A stretch of DNA of 64,000 nucleotides, taken from NCBI GenBank assembly GCA_951406725.2, contig OX597816.1, positions 129,766,001 to 129,830,000 of the forward strand, read 5' to 3'. Both the position numbers and the translations under genes were made by a program. The notes beneath the pieces were generated by a model. That model was not told the DNA's origin and did not search any database. It worked only from the letters and a program-made list of their open reading frames with translations. This document shows positions 57,390 to 64,000 of the stretch, piece by piece; positions within the stretch are counted from its first letter, which is position 1; every line of letters starts with the position of its first letter. The stretch comes from Octopus vulgaris (taxonomy: Eukaryota).

Positions 57390-57998
57390 CAATTAGTTTT
57401 AGATTGGGTTTAGGGATGGAGAGTTTATGGCGACGTTCTTTGTACCCACAGACAGTTCCCAATTTCGACATATTTACACAAGAGGCATCTGTATTGAATG
57501 AAAGGCCTAACGTCTTATGTCACACTCTGTTCTACAGAGTACCATCTCCTGCACTAGAACCCACAAGTAATTGTTGATACAAGAGTGTATGTAGATTAAT
57601 AATACTAGAATCATAATGGAAACTTTATTCGGTGAACACACGCGTGTCGCGTGCGCATGTAATAATGAATGTGTGTAACATGTAGAGAGGGACAGGGGAT
57701 CTCTGATAACTCAAAATGTTATCTCGTTTCACTTAATTATGACATCATTTTATTATTGCTGTTGCTTGTAGGGTGTTAACTTTAGGCTAACTTGCTGCCT
57801 TTTCGTGGTATAATGACATTAACTGAATCTTACGTCTTTTCAATCATGGTTTATAGTATACTTTGTTATATAATTGCATATCGTTCGGGGTCATTGTGTT
57901 CATTAATACAATGTGACAACATTATTTTTCATTTGATTGTATTTAACTTATATTTTAAAGGTGGTTGAGTAGCAAGATCGTTAGCATGGAACGTAATA

Positions 57999-58215
57999 AC
58001 GGTTTCAAATTTTGGCACATGGCTAGCAGTTTTTGAGGGAAGGGGGAAGTTGATAACATCGACCTCAGTACTTGGCTGGTACTTACTTTATCGACTCCGA
58101 AAGGATAAAAGGGTAAAGTCGACCTTGGCGAAATTTAAGGTCAGAGCGTAAAAACGGACGAAATGCCGCTAAGCATTTTGTTCGACGTGCTAACGGTTTC
58201 TCTCAGTTCGATGTT
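57999..58215 (-). mobile_element. SINE family A
   Basis: Full-length reverse-complement match. Confidence 0.85.
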
Positions 58216-58559
58216 TTTCATAGAATATAATAATGTCTTCTAGTATTTATTCTGGCTTTTTAGGTCAACTTTGGCATCCATTTTTCAGGGATCGATATGA
58301 TAAAGTATCGATCAACCAGAGACTCTTTCATATAATGGACGCTTTTAAAAAGGATGATACTAATGAAAATGTAAAGAAAAGAAGTTTGTGTTTATGATTG
58401 ATGGACATTTGGCTCTGTACGGAGATATTCTAAAATGCACCGTGTAGTTTTATATTTCACTGCTATGTATGTTCAATTAGTTGGAACACCAACTGCAGTT
58501 CATCGAAGCCATTTCAGTTGGGAACAGCTCCAGAGCCCCAATATCTATCCACCCGCCAT

Positions 58560-58930
58560 AAAGCTTAAGCGAAGCTCATAGTGGAGTGTGGCTCCTACAT
58601 CCAATACTGCTGTTGTTGCACATATACACATTCTAGACTGCACCTAAAAAAATCATATGACTAATGACATCGAATTGCTCGCTAGTCTCCTCTTTCTGTC
58701 ATTTATATTGCTACTGCAGTGGCCTGTACTCATCGGAACTGTCTGATCTCGAACCACTTTTGTATAGACATACCCGACTCACTCGTTTTTACTCTCGTCC
58801 CTCAAAAATGTGTCCACTTTCAAGCCTTCCTCCTCGGAACATCAACCCTCTGAAATTCCTTCCTTGCACATGATTCTCCAGCAGTCTTGACTTGCACCTA
58901 TTCAAAAAGACCAATTTCACCAGTATTGGA
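58560..58930 (+). mobile_element. CR1/L2-group LINE C-terminal fragment
   Basis: VSSFCHLYCYCSGLYSSELSDLEP..HTRLTR and SSLPPR/FLPRTS.L.NSLP..DLHLFKK motifs. Frameshifted. Confidence 0.65.
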
Positions 58931-59340
58931 GGGTCTACAAAGGCCATATACTCAGCCCCTACCTCCAGATCAAACCATTAAAAAAAGCGCACAAAATAAT
59001 TCTAACAAGAACAGGAAATGTCATTTGTACACTCTCCTGTTCGCAAACGATCGCCATTCTTCCTTGTCGACCTACAATAAATCCGCGATACTAAAAGTCT
59101 TTGTCATTTGGATTTACAATCCTACCGTTCGCAAAGAGACATTCCATAAATACCATGTTATATCATATCACACGGAACCAAATATAATTCAGTTTAAACC
59201 TATAATGTCATTGTTCATCAGTGGTCCCTGCCCTAATCTTGACGTATTGTGATTCACAGAAGACGCCTTTCTTCTATGGCTAAATCAAATATAAATTAAC
59301 ATTTCTTCACTTTTACTTTTGTAAATTTATATCAATAGAA

Positions 59341-59757
59341 GATGCAGGCGTGGCTGCGTGATAAGAATTTTGTTTCCCAACCACATGGTTCCGGGTTCAG
59401 TCCTACTATGTGACACCTTGGGCAAGTGTCTTTTACTATAGGTTCCAGCCAACCAAGCCTTGTGAGTAAATTTGTTATATATATATATATATATGTAAAT
59501 TTGTTATATATATATATATATGGGTGGTGGTGGTGGGTGATTATGTCTGTGTTTGTCTCCCACCACCGCTTGACAACTGGTGTTGGACGTCTTTATGTCT
59601 CCGTAAATTAGCGGTTCGGTAAAAGAGACCAATAGAATAAGTACCAGGCTTTAAAAGAATAATAATAAGCACTAGGATTGATTCGTTGGACTAAATCCCT
59701 TCAAGGCGGTGCATCTGCATGGCCGTAGTGTAATGACTGAAACAAGTAAAAGATAAA
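59341..59757 (+). mobile_element. SINE family B
   Basis: Full-length match with internal (TA)n and a small internal duplication. Confidence 0.85.
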
Positions 59758-59850
59758 TGCATATTTTTCTTAATCAGTTTAATTTATCACGTCGAGTTTA
59801 CTTAAGCTACAATGTCGTAATTTTAACATTAAATTAAGAAGCAATATTTC

Positions 59851-60336
59851 GGTGCCGATTTAGTATGTGATTTACATACATGATTCCGGAATAGCTTGTA
59901 ATCTACATTAGTTCAAATGGTATAGTTTGTGATCTACACCGACTTTTTGATCTACATTTAAAATTCATATATTTGTTTTTCCATTACATTTGATTTGAAT
60001 AGGAAAATCAATTGTAAACTGACTTTAAGAAATTTTGGAATTGGTTTTTTTTTTTTATTTTGTAAAAAGATCACTCATTTAATTTAACTGAAGAAATGAC
60101 TAGAAGGAGCAGGAGGACTATATGCGACTGGTTCAATAAGTGCAGGGAAGTCTGCTCCTCAATTGGGTCTGTCGGTAACAGAGGACAAATTGTAGGAACT
60201 GTCGAACATGTTTAGCTCGCTCCTCTAATTATGATTGCAAATTTATAACAAAATTTTGAATGTAGATTACAAACTAATCTAGATTTATGTTGCTGTAGAT
60301 CACAATGGCATGCAGATCACATACTACACCAGCACC
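59851..60336 (+). mobile_element. Deleted Merlin DNA transposon
   Basis: TIR GGTGC...TAGTATGTGAT. TSD CAATAT(T)TC. Internal remnant SRRTICDWFNKCREVC at ~60108-60155. Confidence 0.8.
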
Positions 60337-60540
60337 CAATATTCTTATGAATGTTCTTTTTCTAATCACTGCTGTTCTTTGCGAAAGATAGTTTTCTTCA
60401 TGACTGTTGTTTCATTGGGTTTCGAAAATGTTTGCACGAATATAAACGCTCTTGTATTAAATTATATATAATAGTACATATTCACTAATATAAACTATCA
60501 AATTTGTATAGTAAACTAACACAGATTTCGGTATTTTACT

Positions 60541-60929
60541 AGGCGGCGAGCAGGCAGAAACGTTAGCACGCCGGGCGAAATGCTTAACGGTATTTCGCTT
60601 GTCGTTACGTTGTGAGTTCAAATTCCGCCGAGGTTGACTTTGCCTTTCATCCTTTCGGGGTCGATAAATTAAGTACCAGTTACGCACTGGGGTCGATGTA
60701 ATCGACTTAATACCTATGTCTGTCCTTGTTTGTCCCCTCTGTGTTTAGCCCCTTGTGGGTAATAAAGAAATAGGTATTTCGTCTGCCGTTACATTCTGAG
60801 TTCAAATTCCGCCGGGGTCGATAAATTAAGTACCAGTTAGGCACTGGGGTCGATGTAATCGATTTAATCCGTTTGTCTGTCCTTGTTTGTTCCCTTTATG
60901 TTTAGCCCCTTGTGGGCAATAAACAAATA
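60541..60929 (+). mobile_element. SINE family A dimer with type-2 tails and a 15-bp TSD
   Basis: Two tails ..CCCCTTGTGGG(T/C)AATAAA. TSD AGATTTCGGTATTTT at 60523-60537 and 60930-60944. Confidence 0.85.
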
Positions 60930-61188
60930 AGATTTCGGTATTTTTTCAAATTTAAAGTGATGCAGGGTGAGATTTTTTTTTTTTGCTGCGATAGTTACAG
61001 GCATGTTTCTCTATCAAATGAAAACAAAAGCCTATTTTATTGAATAAATTGCCATGAAATATGTGTAGGAGGATTGGTAATTGCAGTAGAGAAGAAATAA
61101 TTCAATTGTAGAAATAGAGGGTAAAAAAAATTGCAACACTGAGAATGAAAATAAAATACTCGGAGCCAAGCTGAAGAGAAACAATTTC

Positions 61189-61219
<31 letters not shown>

Positions 61220-62084
61220 GTGTGTTGCCAGCAGATAAGCGAACTATTCACATGTTTTACTGTATGGGTAGATGTAGAAAGGAAATCGCCTGCAAGAGTT
61301 CATTGTTTCACTCTATCACCGCTCCCACCGCAAGGCCCACAACAATCCTTCATCATTACACTCACCAATCCCAAAGTTAACGTCATCATCATGATTATCA
61401 TCATTACAACAATCACAAAAAAAAAAAAACACCAACGAGATCATCGTCGTCGCCGTCAGTCAACAGTTATCATTACTATAGTCATCATTACCATTATCAT
61501 CTCCACCACCACCACCACCACCACAAGCAATATCATCATTACTACTACTTTTATTTTCATTATTACCGTTATCATCACCACCGCCATCATCACCATCAAA
61601 CGATATTTTATAAACTGTGTACAGGGTATCGTTTGTTGTTTTACAAAATATATTCAGCTCCCTCTTCCTCTTCATCCTCTTTCATCATCATCATCATCAT
61701 CATTATCAATCATACTCCAGTAAATTAGTCCATAGTTTACTCAGAGGCATGTAATGAATCTTTCATTCATAAAAATGAGATATTTTATGGTTTACATGTT
61801 CTTATTTGTATCGTATTGTGTCGCGCCTAATGTTTTAGTACTTTCATTGTGTCTGGTTATTGTCATTATGACAAATAAAGTGATGGTTTAGATCGGTGTT
61901 TGTCATTCAAGTGAATTAGCGCCCCACCCCACTACATCTATAAGGTGAGGGGAGAGTTTTTTAAGAATCGAAAAACATTGCTAGGTTACATAAAATTATG
62001 AGTTGTAAACTTTTATAGAGAAGAAAGAAGAATTGTATGGATACAAACTCTATTTTGTTTGTCCATCAATAAAGATGGGTAAAG

Positions 62085-62275
62085 GGGTGAGCTGACAGAA
62101 TCGTTCGTGTGTCGGACAAAATACTTCACGCATTTTTTCCGACTCGTTACATTCTGAGATCAAATTTCACCAAGGTCGACTTTGCTTTCCATCCTTTCGG
62201 GAGCGATAAAATAAGTACCATTTGAACACTGGAGTTGATGTAATCGACTTATCTACCTCTTTAAAATTGCTGCAA
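62085..62275 (+). mobile_element. SINE family A
   Basis: Diverged full-length match. Confidence 0.8.
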
Positions 62276-63683
62276 CCAATATTAAACCCTATTATACTAA
62301 TCAAAAATATAAAAACCAAAATTAAAATTCATGAAGTCGGTGTGAGTGAACGGCAATTGTAATGGTAAAATTTCATAATTCCAGAAACATTTTGTCAGGT
62401 TAATAGAATAAAAGAGATTCGTCCTACATTAAGAAACTCCACCTGTCATTTTCCGTTCTTTAGAGTAAAATGAAGATAACATAAATCAAAAGGCAAATTT
62501 TTTATTTGCTTTATCCTCATAAAGGAAAGATAAAGAAGATATCTTCTTTTGAAGATAAGGCATACAGGCTTATCAAAAGGAGATATCCGCTTTTAGAACT
62601 TTATGAAATTATGAATCCTATGGGAGTAGTACATATAGGGATAATTTCGGTGATATTTCACTTTCAGAGGAAAGCAAAACCCTGATAATAAGGGCGGTAA
62701 CTACATACTCAAAGATAATGGCTGAGTCACCCCATCTTCTGTTTCATTTTACTTTATATTAACTTCAGTATATTTTATGAGAATTTTAGGTTTCAGGCAT
62801 TCCCAACCCACTAGCCTCTCCCTCCTTCTTTCATCCCCCTTTTCATGTCCACCCCACACCGTAGTTTTGCACTAATTATTACGCCCAGTCCTTCCTACAA
62901 TGTCGGGTTCTGGAATTACCTTCTTGCTCATTTCTTTCCTGCAAATATTGATTTGCAAATGTTCAAGAGGAACATTAATGGCATCAGTCTCAACTAGTCT
63001 TAAAGGGACTGCGAAAGTCATAAACACTGCCTTTTCCTCCAGACCCAACAAGTAAAAAAAAAAAAGGACAAAATGTATTATTGACTTTATTCTGTCTTTT
63101 TTACTAGAATCTAACATTGATTAAAAGTTTGATATATTTCCTATCAGATACACCAGGAAGAAACTCTGCATATTTTATTAAATTCGTGTCCTCATAATTT
63201 ATATTTCTTTTTTATCTGTTGCCTGACAAATAACTTAACTGGGTTTTCATCTTCAGCTGATACATTGATCAAAAATAGTTTGTATTAGAACTAGAAATTT
63301 TACCAATTAATTATTTATTATTGAACATAACAGAATTGTCCAATGATACATTTATTCAATGTTGAGTATTAAAGATGTAGTAAGCTAATCTCAAAAGACA
63401 ACATATTTCAGTAATGAAAAGATGACTTTGATTATTTCTGATATTGCTATTATTAAAAAGAATCAACCCAACCCCCGCTTTTTTATTATTAGTATTTACT
63501 AAGTAAGCGAATTTTAACTTGATGCACTTTTTTTCCTGACTGTTAGTCGTGATGGAGTTGGCAGGTTATTTTTTAACTCTGAGCAGTTCTACATGGATTA
63601 GAGTCGAAGAAAATATCAGAGATACACATTACAAGAAAAATAAAGCAGGGAAGTCGTCACAAGCCAATAATTTCGAAACACTT

Positions 63684-63719
<36 letters not shown>

Positions 63720-64000
63720 CCCACTCTCTAAGATAAACAACATCTAACTCATTTATCTTAGAAATACCAAAATAGTTCAGAGTAATAGATCAAATACGGG
63801 ATCTCCTGAATTTCTTGCTCTCTATGCTTTCACCCTTCGTATTCAAACATTCATCGTATTTAATCCAAGTAGTTGTTCAGTATTAGAGTCGTCCTAAATT
63901 CTGCCATACGTTGCTTATTGGAGAATGCTAATTTCAGTAATTGTTATAATTTCCGGTTAACCTCCTTGGATCCGTATCTTCTGAAATTGACAATATATCG

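Noticed and set aside
57451-57567. Possible phase-0 exon (TVPNFDIF...)
   Set aside because: Weak donor (AA|GTAATT) and no recognisable protein.
61190-61723. 177-aa ORF
   Set aside because: Built from (TG)n and CAT/CAC trinucleotide repeats.
62872-63117. 81-aa minus-strand ORF
   Set aside because: No recognisable motif and only weak splice signals.

Overview
This is an AT-rich, repeat-dense eukaryotic intronic or intergenic window. Its SINE families and extreme microsatellite load suggest an octopus (coleoid cephalopod) genome; this is an inference. I see no intact protein-coding gene, and nearly all long ORFs in the track are translations of (TA/CA/TATG)n arrays. The window holds decayed non-LTR retrotransposons (R4/Dong, Tx1/L1, RTE, CR1/L2 group, Penelope-like) and three tRNA-derived SINE families. 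It also holds four Merlin-type DNA elements (two nested, two with transposase remnants), mariner, hAT, Tc1, MULE and Helitron pieces, a degenerate hammerhead motif and degenerate HDV-like ribozyme motifs. One plausible start-codon exon lies at 13071-13262. The most unusual structure is a TSD-flanked, tandemly duplicated 560-bp retro-insertion at 52.8-54.0 kb. It carries an ORF I do not recognise and shares its 3' tail with a SINE subfamily and, more loosely, with the Tx1-like LINE. All family assignments come from recognising motifs by eye; no database searches were run.
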